NCBI RefSeq assembly: GCF_026210795.1
Contig: NC_089429.1
Coordinates: 5,952,001 to 6,016,000, forward strand
Direction of reading: 5' to 3'
DNA length: 64,000 bases
DNA from: Rhizophagus irregularis
Lineage: Eukaryota
A model generated the notes under the pieces. It was not told where the DNA came from and did not search any database. It was given only the letters and a program-made list of their open reading frames with translations. A program made the translations under genes and the position numbers. Shown piece by piece: positions 11,397-25,322 of this stretch; positions within the stretch are counted from its first letter, which is position 1, and each line of letters begins with the position of its first letter.

Positions 11397-12978
11397 TACT
11401 TCCATTCATTTAAATATTCTTTTCCATACTAAATTTTAATGATTTTCAAGTATTGACATCCAATATTGCTTGTAATAAATGTAATTCATTACTTTTAAAA
11501 ATTATAAAAAGATTCAAAAATTAGCAATAGATGAAATTTCTGCCTCTCAAGTTCACATATAAAATCTTTTTAAGGGTTTTTTTCCCATTATTTTTTAAAA
11601 ATTTACTAAACACTTAGGTTTTTGATATTGTGAAAAAGGATTTTTAGTACTTGTAACCTAGAAAATGAAAGGCTTCTATTCTATTCTGTTAGAAATTAAT
11701 TCTTTTAATTCTTTTAATCCTTCTAAGTCATTTAAATCATTATGTATAATCTTTAAAATCTATAAAAATTGTTTGTAAATTATGACTTATTTGAGATAAT
11801 TGATGAAAAAACATTTGAATCACAACGTAATTTTGAAAGTTCTTTATCTCAGGGAACTTAGTAAAAGAAAATTTAATTCTAAATTTATTATTATAATGAT
11901 ATGTCAACTTTTTAAAGATGAAATTTGTGTTGTAAACAATTGGAAAATTTGCTTTGGTACTAAACTCCACTTCGAATCGATGAGAAACATCAGAACCTTT
12001 AAAATTCCAAATATTGACAGAAATTCTTCATAAGGCTAACAAATACGAATATAAAGTGGTTTCATTTTTTTTAAAAAATATTCAAAAATTTCATTTAAAC
12101 ATTTATAATGGAAGATTAAATGCCTTTTTTTTACTCCAAGAAGTTTTTTTCTATCCAGATTTATATGTTGTGACAATTGGTTTTCAATTTATATTACGTG
12201 ATGCTAATGATTTGACATGACTAAAAATCTTAATTCTGATCTAATTCCGCCCAATTTTGTTATGTTCCATACAGGTATAATTCAATTTTTAATTTATTTC
12301 CAAAAAAAAGGCGAGATATTATATTAAAAGTTAGTAGAATACTTTTATTGTATCTCTAATAAAAATTAAATATTATACATGTATATATCTAACTACTACT
12401 ATCAATGCGAGCTTACAATATGTATTTTAATTTAAAATAGCGAATGTTTATTTTTAGATCCATTAAAATTGATTAATACTTATTTTTGTATGTTAATCAA
12501 ATTCATTTTTTCACTAATTTAAAAACAATTATTACATTAGAAAAGATCATTAATAAAAGAACATAGGAAATTATAATTTACCTTCGTTTCTACAATGATG
12601 CGATCAGGAACATTGTATTATTTTCTAATAATGATCAAATATATCACCTTGTAACATGATAACAAGTGCTTAATTATATCCAAATCTATCACAAGCAACA
12701 CCTACATGATGTCAGATACAATAAGATTTAAAGATCAAAAGATACGAATTAACCAAAGAATTAGTACTTACTCAGCTTTCCATCCTTTTGATTCACTCTT
12801 GAATTTGCACAAAGTTTGTTTTTAGTACATACAATAAAACATTTTTAATTTTAAAAATAGACTAAATTTATTTCCAAATTCTCCTAGCCAGTGATCATAT
12901 GGCTTGTCCGTCATCTTATCACGCTGATGCGTAAAATCAAAATCACGTGAAATTCCACCTCTTTGATTAATAAATAAA

Positions 12979-14366
12979 CTAAATTCTATTCATTTCCTTC
13001 ACTAAATTCATTACTAATGTTCTGATATCAGGTTCTTCTCCTGTGCATGAACATTCAAATTCATTTAGGAAAGTACCATAATTTTTAAAGAACTCCTTAA
13101 AAACATCTATATCTACTTTCCAGTACCTTACTCTCAACTTTCTAAGATTTCTTGGGCTAATATTGTTAAGGTAAAGAATATTTCTATAACAAAATATTGC
13201 TATTTACATCTGTTTCCAAAATCGACAACCTTTAGACTACGACACCTTTTAAGAACTTTACTAAAAATTTCTAATTCGGTTTCATCTTGTATATCACAGA
13301 TAATGTTACAAGGTTTGAACAATATTTAGAAATTTTTAAAAGAAATCTGATCTGAATGTTCATAATTTTCTTTTCGTTATGAATAAGAAAAGGTATGATA
13401 GGCGATGATAATTCATCTGATGATAAAAAATTACAGTTAATAATTTCCAAGTCTAAAAGATTAGGAAAAACAACTTTCTTAAATTCTGACTTTTATATAA
13501 ATTTGAATCACATAATTCAAATCACCTTCAAATAGTTTAATTTCCAGTAGTTTTCATTCTTACTTTCCTTATATACTTAGAAGTAACCAAATTATTTGGT
13601 TTTACATTTAATTTTTTTAATTTTTTTTTATCTTTAAGGAACTTTGACACATGAATCGTCTCCAAATATTGATCAAAATCATCTGAAAGAGATAACGAAA
13701 AGGTTGAAATTTCATGCGAGATTCCCGTAATAAGACTTATCAAATCTCTTTTTAAGAAATTTCCCTTGCATTTAAATTGTTTAAGTCTTGACAAGCTCCT
13801 TTATGTTTCTTTAGTACTGATTAAAATATATATATATGATACGTGTTCGAATGATATAATTCGAAGGAAATCAATTCCTTTGGTTTTTGTCATAATTAAT
13901 TTAAATAAGACCTCAAGAAATATCAAATTTTCAATTTTAAATTGAAATCCATCGCTGTGTTTACTATAATCGTAAGATAGCAAACCACTATTCTCATTAT
14001 TATAATCAATTTCTTGATTTATTGAATGAGAAGAAAATTCGTTTTGCTCTAACCATGTATTAAATTACATAGTATCACGAAATTAATTTGTCTGATAAAG
14101 GAAGGGTAATTGAAAGTTGTTCGACGTGGAATACCAAATGAATCTTTTACTTTTAAGAAGGATTGTGTTTTATTGTCTAAGTGAGATAAAAGAATTTTTG
14201 AGTAAACTTTGAAGCGCGCTTTACTATTTATATTAATGAATTGATTTTTCCAAAGATGAAGTATCCCAATTAGACACCATTCTCTATTGATCAAAGAAAC
14301 GTTTAGTAACGTTGATGAATCGGATTTGTCAATATGACTTATAATTATATCAATAACTTCTACCAT
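12979..14366 (-). pseudogene. F-box/LRR (RNI-like) pseudogene
   Basis: EVIDIIISHI...STLLNVSLINREWCLIGILHLWK and TFNYPSFIRQINF, followed by LRR-like fragments in shifting frames (13801-13983, 13537-13794), ending ...EMNRI*. Confidence 0.75.
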
Positions 14367-14581
14367 AAAAATTTGGCGTGAAAATTTGGGGTAAAAAAAA
14401 ATGAGAGTTTATATAAATTATTTGTAGATCACTGCGGAGAGGCTGAGTCCGTTACACAATTAGTATATTATAAAAGTTAATAAAATATTACTTGCAATTG
14501 TTATCATAGTAATCATCGAACGAGTTAAAACCGGATCGGATCAGCCTTAAAAATGATAATCTGATTAAATCTACTCATATT

Positions 14582-15640
14582 TCACGTTTCGTGAAAGTAG
14601 TCTTTTTCAATTACAACAATAACGTCAGCCACCTCTTTTGATTGAAATTTAGTTGGATCTATATTTGCTGTTAAATAAAGCTCCGTATAAGCCAAATGAT
14701 AAAAATTTTTTATTGAAATTTTATTTATTTTAGAACAAATATATTTTTGTAAAGCATTGTACGAAATTGTAAAATACAAACTATATTTACTATATTTAGT
14801 AGTATCTGTTTAACCGCAGTTAATATCCGGGTTGAAAATGGATTTAATCCGGTAAAGAAATTGTTCAACGAATATGATCCGTACGGATCGGATGTTTTAC
14901 CATTAATATCAATTAGAAATAGCGGCAATTAATTTAGAGCTATGGTAGTGGGCACATTATTATCTCAATTGTAGTCTAGGATTGTTTAAAAAACAGAATC
15001 AGGCGATAAATGGTAAACCAAGCATCTTGGTTTGTTTCGGTACTCCAGTGATCAACCTCCAAGTGCGAAATAGGTCTGCACGTTCTAATGTTGATAAAAA
15101 GCGTTCAAGAACATTAGTTCAAAAGGCTCCTAACGCATCACACATTTCATCTTTAAACAAACTTTTAAAGGGAATTTTTTCCAAATACCTGAAAAAGTAA
15201 TTTGAAAAATCTTGAAAGAATCTAAGAATCTATTCAGCCATTTTCCTGTCACCATAGATATTGGGTGTGGGTAATTTTTTATTTACTACCATTCCGAGAT
15301 GGTTTTCATTCTTATCTTCTTTGATCTATTAGATAAATGATACAAAATTTTGGTTATTATAACAATAATATGCATTTTCCTTCTTATGATTGGAGACTCT
15401 CGTACTATAATCGTAGGTTATAGATCAATGGCCTTCTACGCTCTCGAACTTTAAAAAAAGTCGATGGAAGGAAAAATGCATTTAATGAGTCGGTCATTAT
15501 TTTATTTCTTTATTTGGAAATTAATTTTAAATTCATATAATATTAATGCCAAAAAATTCTACAAGAGGGTTGATGATTCTTTATTTTCGAATCAAATACG
15601 GTCTATGGAAGGAAATGGAACCCAAATTAGGTGAATGAAC
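14582..15640 (-). pseudogene. Degenerate coding relic, family not identified
   Basis: Overlapping protein-like fragments in several frames (14582-14779, 14725-14928 and upstream) with stops. Its upstream part lies within the duplicated segment. Confidence 0.35.
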
Positions 15641-16436
15641 ACGTAAAATCATGAGTAAATAGAGGTGCTGAGATGATTAGCTGATCAAGAAAATGAAATA
15701 AAATAAATAAATAAATCGTATTAAATAAAATTTCGCATCCAGTTTGAAATTCAATTAGCTTATCCGATACATACAATGGTGAGATGTCCTCTAACATCAG
15801 TCAGTCATTCATCGGTTATCACCAGACCTGTATTGAAATACATTGGTCTTAAATAGTACGCGAATTAATTAAATTTAAATTTAGGTAAAAATAGATGCTG
15901 CTCTTACTTCATATACTTTCCACTAGCTTGATTGTGACGATGTACCACTGATAACAATATCATGTTGCTTTACAGGCGATTCAAACCGCTTGATCATTTT
16001 AATAATAAACAAAGTGGTCAGCATTAACACTATGGAGCTACCTCCATTATTTTTTTCAACACGTCTCGTTAAATAAATAGTAGGCTTTACAATTGGATTC
16101 GTGATAACGTATGTTAAATTCAAACTAAAAAAAACCAACAAGTTAATATGATAAATATTTAATATAAATTCTAATTTCAGTACAAAATGCATACTTTTCG
16201 GAGGAGATTTTTAAATATTGATTTTATCTTTCTTCCAATCCAATCTTAACATATAAAAACATTTTAGCCTTTTTTCTTTTTAAAAAAAATCGAACCTAAC
16301 TTACATCAACAATTGTACTTTTTGACTTCATTGCATTATAAGTTGAATTTAATACCTATGCAACCTAGAATAAAAAATTAACGCGTTTCCCATGTGGATA
16401 AATTTCAAATATTGGATCACCGCGCTGGCCAATGGC
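15237..16436 (+). repeat. 1.2-kb segmental duplication, copy 1
   Basis: Collinear with 20446-21674 from ccattt(t)cctgtcac to cgcgctggc; about 90% similar by eye. Confidence 0.95.
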
Positions 16437-16599
16437 GTATTTTTATAGAAATATTGCAACTGGAGAAGTGGTGGAACGTAGTAGTGGCGAATTTCATGCG
16501 CCAATTCTACTATCGTATACCTTAGTAGAGTAGAGAGGGTGTTGTGGGTAAACCTGTTTTCTCTTTTAGAAATGACACGTAAATTCTCCAGTATTGAAG

Positions 16600-18860
16600 A
16601 TTTGGATCTTTTATTACTGAAGATCCTTTTGTTTCGTCATATTTTAAAATATACAGAAAACCAAAACCTCCATCTAGGATCTTTCGGGTCAGAGTTCTTT
16701 CATTATAATACGTTTCGGATGAATAATTCTATTTTTGGAGTAAAGAAACAGACCAAAAATAAAATAGAATTTTTATTCAAACCTTTACCAAGATTAAATG
16801 ATCAGTGTAAGCTTTTAATTTCTTTTCTTTCTTTTAATACACATATAGATTAATAATTTTTTTTTATCTGTAGATGCTAAATTTAATTTTCTTGTAATTG
16901 AGTCAGCATTTACCACTCCAGTGAAGTTATCTACTGTGATGTTTCAATATTTCAACAAAATGATGATAAATATAAACCGGACCTATTACGACAAACATTT
17001 TCGGGAGATTCTAAATTATGCACCATTGGAAGTGATAACTACACAGTACATATTCCAATTTTTGAAAGCACATTCAACCAACAGAATTCTACCTACTATG
17101 TGCTTGTTGAAAATAATTTTGTCATCTCTCAAGAGAGAGATGAACCTTTAATTGGAATTAGCAAGAATATTTGGACACTTTCAACAAGTAATATACATAT
17201 TTTTTTTTTAATTTTTTAATGATTGAATAGAAAAATTTATATTCTGTTACTATATTTAGAACCACTTAAAACAACACAACATTCAGATTCAGTTACAGGA
17301 TTACTTCAATTAAACGATGAAGGAAGTTCAAAATTTCTCCAAATGAATCATTCAGTATTTTTCAAGAATATGATTCAAGAATTTTCTAAAATAATTCCAG
17401 TAACTGAACAGAAGTTATCAACAAGTGGTAAATAGCAATATGACCCTACTTCTCTGAAAAAAGTATTATTATCATTTAACATAATTGAAGCTAAAGATTA
17501 TACAATCAAATTAAACTTTCAAATAATATTTGATAATCTAATTACTTTGATCAAAAAAAAGGGTTTACTGTACTTTCATTCAATGAATATACTGTACATC
17601 TTTAATTGATGAAAGTGCACCTTTTACAATGACGTTTATTAAATATTTTTGACATTTGTAATTGATTAAATTTTAATTTTATTACTTTACAGGAGATTAT
17701 TTTGAAGAATTTTATCTGTTAATTATAATACTTATAGTAGGTTTAGTAGTATTAATACTATTATATGTTTTGGCCTGTCTAAAAAATCTTGAAAAAAGAA
17801 ACTTTGCAATATTTGAGATTATACAAGATTTTGCTATGGATCTAGCATTCATATTATTAAAAGTTAAAAATACATCATATTTGATGATTCCAATATAAGA
17901 AATTTCATTTAATATTATTTTATTTATAGGATAAATCTAATTGTAACAGCCTGTTACGCGTCTTATTTGTAACAACCCCTAATTTTATCCAATTAAAATT
18001 TAAGATCAGGCGTAATGTAAACAAAAACAAAAGATCAGTCGTGTAACTAAGACAAAAGAATTTTTTAAAAAATTTCAAGAAACTGCTTATAACTTAAAAT
18101 TTTGTCTATGAAACTGTCTTAAATACATTAAGTAAAAGTTTTCCAAATTAAATTTTGCATATAAAAATTTTACTTGTGAAACACATATTAAATTTATTAT
18201 TAAAAAAAAATAAAAAAAGGATGTTACAAATAAGATATGTAACAGGCTGTTACAAATACATTTTTTCTTATTTATATTATTTTAAAGATTAATTTAATTG
18301 ATTACTAATTTTCTTATTTATTATTATTTAGTATAATATTCTTTGTTTTACCTATTATAATTAATATTTTATTAGCCATAAATATTTTTATATCTGAAAT
18401 GGCAATGAATCCATTGTTCTTTAAGTGGATTTCAGAGTTTCTGACATTATCATCAATGTACATATTACTTTTAGCCATTGATATATATATACAAGTATTA
18501 AATACTTTTTATTTGACTTTAAAATATTCTTAGCTTCTTTGACTTAAAGATCAAAAAAAATAATGCTTTGAGGTAGTATCATAAACATCTTTATTGAAAA
18601 TGTACCTCAAATCATTATCCAAAAGTTATATTACAATAGTATTATAATATATAAATTTATTTCATTTTTTGCATTTACATCTGATGGATTAGTTATAGTA
18701 AATAAGTTAATTTTAAGATTATATCATGTGTTATTAAGATGGAATTATTGATATGATAAAATTAAAGAATATAATAAACATTGCTTTAATTCTCAACATT
18801 TGACTTTATGGATCTTAATTTTATCTGCTACTTCTTTAAGAATTTTAAAGAAGTGGCAGA
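16600..18860 (+). pseudogene. Multi-exon membrane-protein pseudogene of a Glomeromycota-expanded family (C-terminal multi-TM region)
   Basis: LLQLNDEGSSKF...KIIPVTEQKLSTSGK*QYDPTS, then hydrophobic segments (IQDFAMDLAFILL, IFFVLPIIINILLAINIF, IINIFIENVPQIIIQ). GT-AG introns, stops and frameshifts. Confidence 0.65.
17940..18256. mobile_element. MITE with about 38-bp TIRs in an intron-like segment
   Basis: ttgtaacagcctgttacgcgtcttatttgtaaca is mirrored by tgttacaaataagatatgtaacaggctgttacaa. TSD unclear. Confidence 0.8.
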
Positions 18861-19673
18861 TAAATATCAAAGGAAAAAGAACTTGCTGAAAATTTTGATT
18901 TATAAAAAATCTAATTAGACGAAAAAATATATAGTAAATAGATTGTAAAATATTTTAATTTTTAAATACTATTAATTTAATAAAATACTTTAAACTGTGC
19001 TATTTTTACTATAAAAATCATATTATCATATTCTTTTTTTTTTCATTTTTCAAAAAAAATTTTTTTTGAAGTATTATTTATTGAATAAATATAAATAAAA
19101 TGATTATTATCTTTAATTTTTCTGACTCTTGATTTTTTAAAGTGAATAATAAATGTTTTTGGATAATAAAAGTTTTATATTGTAATAATTGTATATTAAT
19201 TAGTTCAGAGTGTAGTGAAGGATTCTATATATTCTAGCCGTAGTAATACAAAATATCATATTGTCTGTCCACTTATTCTTTGAATCAATATTTAATTAGT
19301 TCTTATATTACATGAAATTATTTTGATCAATTAATTGAGCATATGATTACCTACCTATATACTGATAAGCTCTGGATATGTAACGGTTTACCATTTCCCT
19401 AGTAAGTAATAATAATAGTAGTATCTTATTATAAATGAAATTTATTACACATATGAAATATAATGGATTTTATTGAATTTGAGAAATAAAAAAATTTTAA
19501 TACTATAAATTATGAAAATTTATTGTTATACTAATTTGCATTTATTTTAATTTATACAATATACCTCTTTTTTTTTACTCTTTTTATTTTTAATCTGTTG
19601 ATATGCATATGTAATTTTATATAAAAAATCAAATAAAGATCACCTTTTATCTTACAAATTTAATAAATAATGC

Positions 19674-19904
19674 TATTATAATCCAACTTCAAATTTGATT
19701 TATGATTTTCCATTTATTTGATAAATTTGAACTATAAGTTCAAGATGATAATCAGATTTTAAATATATTTTCAAATGTTCATCTTAATTTTTAAATTTGG
19801 TTTGAAATATAATTACATTTTGGAAATTGTAATTCAAATCAAAAATTTTAATTTGAAATTGAAATTTTAACTTGAAAGTTTTAATTTAAATATAGATTAT
19901 AATA
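19674..19904. mobile_element. Possible degraded MITE
   Basis: Imperfect terminal IR tattataatccaacttcaaatt vs tattataatctatatttaaatt. AT-rich, so partly expected by chance. Confidence 0.35.
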
Positions 19905-20156
19905 TTTAAAATACCCAGGTTAGTATTGATCAAATATGATTAAGGTTGCTAAAAAAACTAGAGGGTTTTGGCAAGTTTGTAAAATGCGTATAATATACAT
20001 ATTTTTTTTGAAAGATAATGCTTGCATTAACATATTAGACAACTGAAAATTAAATAGCAATCTAAGTTATCTTATACTTTGTTTTATAGTTCTTTTAATA
20101 TTATTTTTTATTAACAATAGATTTTTTTATTGTAGCAGATATTCTATTAAAAAGCA

Positions 20157-20309
20157 AAGTCAACTCCTTATAAATACACTTCCTTGAGAAAAAAGCATGC
20201 AATTACAAAGAATAGAGAGTAAATAATTAGAGATTATATATACTTGGTCAAATGTGCATTTAGGAAAGGAATGTACTTATAAGTGATGCATTTATAGAAA
20301 GTTGACTAT
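20157..20309. mobile_element. Degraded Tigger-like MITE
   Basis: agtcaactccttataaatacac and (reverse complement) agtcaactttctataaatgcat; same AGTCAACT terminus type as 10437-11396. Confidence 0.6.
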
Positions 20310-20445
20310 ATGAATTCAACTATCTTTAAGAACGAAAAAAGTGCTTCGCTTCAGAAAAAAAAGTTTAAAAATTATATATGCAGGTTGGTTAATACTTGTT
20401 AGTCATATATATTTAGCTTTTTCTGTCATCCAAAAATTAATTCAA

Positions 20446-21674
20446 CCATTTCCTGTCACAATAGATATTGAGTGTAGGTAATTTTATTTACTACCATTTT
20501 GAGATGTTTTTCATTCTTATCTTCTTTGATCTATTAGATAAATGATACAAAATTTTGGTTATTATAACAATAATATGCATTTTCCTTTTTATGATTGGAG
20601 ACTCTCGTTCTATAATCATAGGTTAGAGATCAATAGCTTTCTAAGCTCTCGAATTTCAAAAAAAGTCGATAGAAGGAAAAATGCATTCAATGAGTCAGTC
20701 ATTATTTTATTTCTTTATTTGGAAATTAATTTAAATTCATATAATATTAATGCTAAAAAATTCTACAAGAGGGTTAATGATTCTTTATTTTCGAATCAAA
20801 TACGATCTATGGAAGGAAATGAAATCCAAATTAGGTGAATGAACATAAAATCATGAGTAAATAGAGGTGCTGAGATGATTAGCTGATCAAAAAAATGAAA
20901 TAAAATAAATAAATAAAATTTTGCATTCAGTTTGAAATTCAATTAGCTTATCTGATACATACAATGGTGAGATGTCCTCTAACATCAGTCAGTCATTCAT
21001 CGGTTATCACCAGACCTGTATTGAAATACATTGGTCTTAAATAGTACGAGAATTAATTAAATTTAACTTTAGGTAAAAATAGATGCTGCTTTTTCTTCTT
21101 ATATCCAGGGAATAAATCAACTTACTAGTCATATCTTTCTACTAGCTTGATTGTGAATGTACCACTGATAACAATTTCATGTACCTTTACAGGCAATTAA
21201 AAAAATGCTAAGTATACCATGATCATTTTAATAATAAATAAAGTAGTCAGCATTAACACTATGGAGCTATCTTATTTTTTTCAACGCGCCTCATTAAATA
21301 AATAGTAGGCTTTACAATTGGATTTGTGATAACGTATGTTGAAATTCAAACTAAAAAAACCAACAAGTTAATATGATAAATATTTAATATAAATTCTAAT
21401 TTCATACAAAATGCATACTTTTAGAAGATTTTTAAATATTGATTTTATCTTTCTTCCAATCCAATCAATATGAAAAAATATTTTAGCTTTTTTCTTTTTA
21501 AAAAAAATCGAACCTAACCTACATTAACACAATTGTACTTTTGACTTCATTGCAATATAGGTTGAATTAAATACGCACAAATACGGCACCCAAATAATAA
21601 AAAATTAATGCATTTCCCATGTGGATAAATTTCAAATATTGGGATGATTGATGATCATCGCGCTGGCTAATAGC
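20446..21674 (+). repeat. 1.2-kb segmental duplication, copy 2
   Basis: Collinear with 15237-16436; carries most of the GC-to-AT differences. Confidence 0.95.
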
Positions 21675-22024
21675 CAATCGTAAACATGATTTATGTGATT
21701 ACTGAATACTGATTATCTACAATTTTAACGTTCGTATAATTTTTGGTGGTTACAAGATGATACTGCTTTATATAAAAGCTTTGCAACATATAAGAATTTC
21801 TTTTACTTGCTAAATTAAATCTGTTAGTATAAATTTGACAAATAATATTGTATAATAGAATGTAGCAGCAACTACAGATCGAGAAGAAATTAGATTTCTA
21901 CTCCTTTTCTTGAACTTAAGGAGAATTCTATAATAAACCATGGTAAGAAAAACAAAATCTACATTTTGTCCTTTAATTACTAAATTTCTTTTGTTTCTAA
22001 TTCTTTCTAATATTAGATTATACT

Positions 22025-22482
22025 TAGAGTTTATATCCATTATCTGTTAAAAAATGGATATCTGCAGATATTTGAATATCCAGATTGGACGGATACAGAA
22101 TTTGGGATATCTGGATAATTTGACGGATATCTGGATATTATCCGTTAAGAGTAACTTGAACAAATTTTATAATGTCGGCCGGAATTATGACAAAATCTTT
22201 CCTTTTTTAGACATTTATGTTACACAACCTCTTAAAAAGGAAATTTTTGAATTTTAGAAAAATATTTTTTTGTGGAACGGCTATCGCCAAAAATGGAAAT
22301 GATCATCTTACCAAGGCGTAATCCTGGTCAGAATTATAAATTTGGCCTGAATTAGTCTGCAAAAATAATTGGATATCCGGATAATTTAGGATATCCGGGT
22401 AATATCCGGATAAATCAGCTGGATATCCGGATAAACGGATAACGCAAAAATCGGATATCCGGATGGACGGATATAAACTTTA
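22025..22482. mobile_element. hAT-type MITE related to family C
   Basis: TIR ta(g/a)agtttatatcc; perfect 8-bp TSD attatact (22017-22024, 22483-22490); many GGATATCC/CGGATA motifs. Confidence 0.9.
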
Positions 22483-24599
22483 ATTATACTGGGGCGAATT
22501 AAGTTCAAGCCATGCCGAAATATTACGGCACATTACACTAATTCGGCATTACACCGGTGTAATACTGGCGTAAATACTATTTTAATATGAATCTTTGAGA
22601 AATTAATTATAAAATAAATAAAGAATAAAGTTTATCAAATGAAAATAAATCTAATATATACTGTACATGGGACGTAATAATTCGGAATTTAGACGGCGTA
22701 ATGTGAAATTTATTACACCAAACTTTTGTTCAAAGTTATCACTTATCACTCATTGACACATTACAGTATTTAAAGTTTACCACCATAAGTACAGTTCCAT
22801 CGATTAAGGAGGAAATAAAGAACAAAGAAGAATAATAAGAATTGATTTTAAAGTAATTTAACAAAGGATGGAAAGCAAAGCTCGATCAAATTATATTCTT
22901 CAATTTGATCAATTTTTTTTCATCATAATTATTTTAAAAAAAAAGGTTACGATCATTAAACCTTTTTTTATTCTTTAGGATTTAATTTCGAAACGGTTAT
23001 ACTGTTTATAAGTAATGAGATTTTGACGCTTTTCTACTACGAATATACTTGACCAAGGTTTTGTAAGACAGTTACTTCTTGTTAGAATATGAGAATATTA
23101 TGATCCTATTATCTTGTATTTATTATAATTTATAGTATTATTGATTGATTTGTTTTTAAATATAATCATTCTTTTGCAAAAAATCTTTAATTATAGCTGG
23201 TGTAATTTTGTAGTTTTACTCCATATAATATACTAGATACTTTTCGGCTAGCTTATTCCTTTTAATTATTCTTTTAGGCTTTAATTTTTCATTAATTTGA
23301 TGAGTATTAATCTCATTTTCCGAATTCAATTTTAATTGTCTCCATAAAATTCTCAGTATCATCATCCCAACCACTATCTTTTCAAAGTTAACACATGATT
23401 TATAACATATTTAAATGTTATCAATAGGGAGAAAAAAATATTACTGTTAGACATTAAAAAAGCATAGCGGGTAAGTAATTTTTTTTTAAGTTTGACAAAG
23501 TTATTTAATTGTTTAGTAAATTAACTAGTCTTGTTTTTTTTTCTATTGATCATAGGAGCAAACATTACAGTGCATAGCGATTGATTTCGTACTATTCAAT
23601 ATATTTATATTTCTTTTATTCAATATTTTTATCATAATATTTAATATTCTATTTATGTATTTTATGGTAATATTATTATTTTTGATTTGAGATATTCGAT
23701 TATTATAGTGGCAGTGATTCTTTTTCTTTTGTTGTAATTTTTTATAAAAAGATCATATGTTCTGAATAAAGAATGAATACTTGGTCTCAATGATGTTTGT
23801 ATGATAATGTTGACGTAACATACGAAATTTCCTTTCATTGTCATAATGATAGCATAATTCGACGATCATCGTTTAATGAAATAAATACAGTAAATTTTCG
23901 CAACTTATTCGAAAAAAAATTTAATGCTCGTATAAAATTACAAACATCAATTACATCTAAAGCTTAACCATTACGATCGAGTGACTTAACATTATTTGTT
24001 AAAACAATAATTCCTCTTTTTTTTTATTTACGTTTGGCATATTCGTAATGAAACAAGGAAATTATGTTCGTCAAATAATTCGAATAAAACTTTAAGAGTA
24101 CCTTTCGTAATATGGTTTTAATGAAAAACAAATCATTTTCTTCACAAGTGGACGAGCGGAATTTAATATTAAAAATTATTTAATAATATAGAAAGTAAGT
24201 CTATTTATCATATTAAAATGAATTTAGCGATTTAACTAGTTTTTTTTGTAAAGACAAATTATTAGAGGGAGGATATAATAGAATTCCAAGATTGTGTAAT
24301 CGTGTCATATGATACCGAAGAATATAATGGTAAAATAAATTCAAAATAGTGAAATTTTTGGAAAAAATATTATGAAATATATAAAAAAAAAGATTCTTTT
24401 CTCGAATCTAGTTTACAGGTAGAAAAAGTTGAAATATAACAGTTTTTGATAAAAAATTTACGAAAGATAAAGCATTCATAGAATTTTACTAAGAGAGAAA
24501 TTTAACTTCGTTAAAGTCGCAGCATTTTGCTATTAAGAATGTTTAGGATGATTTACAAAATTGATGAGAAAGCATTTCAAGTATAGATTTTCAATGCAT

Positions 24600-25322
24600 T
24601 GTTTTTTCCGAATAAGTAACGATCAAATTGGACGATCAGGTCGCACGCTTTAACGGCCTAAAAAATCAAATTGAAGGAGTCGCGAGAAAAATCGTTTTCC
24701 TATAGTAAGAGAGTGAGAGTGAAAAAAAAAAAAAAAAAAATCGCTCTTATTTCTCTTATTTTCAGTCATTATTCATCACGAAAGAGATGGGTAAGGCTTT
24801 TATTAATCGAGTTGACATCTAATTATTTGTTAATGTTAAGAGGTGGGTTCGAGAATCGACTTTTTTGATATCTGACAAATAAATTTATTGAAGTTTTTAT
24901 TTAATCAGGTTTTTTTACCTAAGATTTAAGACATTTTCAAACGTTGTGTATTAATAACCGATGGTTATTCTTACCTCAAAATAATCGCAAATTAAGTACC
25001 ATCGTGATTTTTTGGTAGTAATACCTATAAATTCGCAGTGGTATAATTCGCCATTACGTTTGGTGTTCAAAAAAAGACTTTTTTTTTGGTCAACAAACGA
25101 AGGAAGGTTAAAGATCGGGCAAATTGAATCCGGTTGAGGCTGATCTTCGAGGTTCGCTCATGAGCGTACCATTAAGGGAGGTCAAAACCGGATATGATCA
25201 GTTTTATTTTGATCATGATCTAACTTAAGCGCGAGTGGGGAGTCAAGTCATTGACGAACCATGAGCTCTTTTTAGCCTAATCGGACGCATGAAAAGCGAT
25301 CGTTAGGCTGAACCACGATAGA
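24600..25322 (+). other. Probable 5' ETS and Pol I promoter region of the rDNA unit (start not defined)
   Basis: Position directly upstream of 18S; GC and CpG content rise; stem ttagcctaa / ttaggctga at 25272-25311. Confidence 0.5.

Larger units (their letters stand above)
10200..12130 (-). pseudogene. F-box/LRR (RNI-like) pseudogene of the Glomeromycota-expanded type
   Basis: Remnants CLNEIFEY...TTLYSYLL, FFHQLSQISHNLQ, NF*KNNGK, LKSFFISWENR. Heavily frameshifted and interrupted by the 10437-11396 element. Boundaries approximate. Confidence 0.65.

Noticed and set aside
20542..20838. 98-aa plus-strand ORF in duplication copy 2
   Set aside because: Not open in copy 1, no recognisable motif, and antisense to the apparent relic.
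15237..21674. The 1.2-kb direct repeats as LTRs of a retrotransposon
   Set aside because: No TG...CA ends, PBS/PPT or TSD seen. The interior is a host-type membrane-protein pseudogene, not gag-pol.
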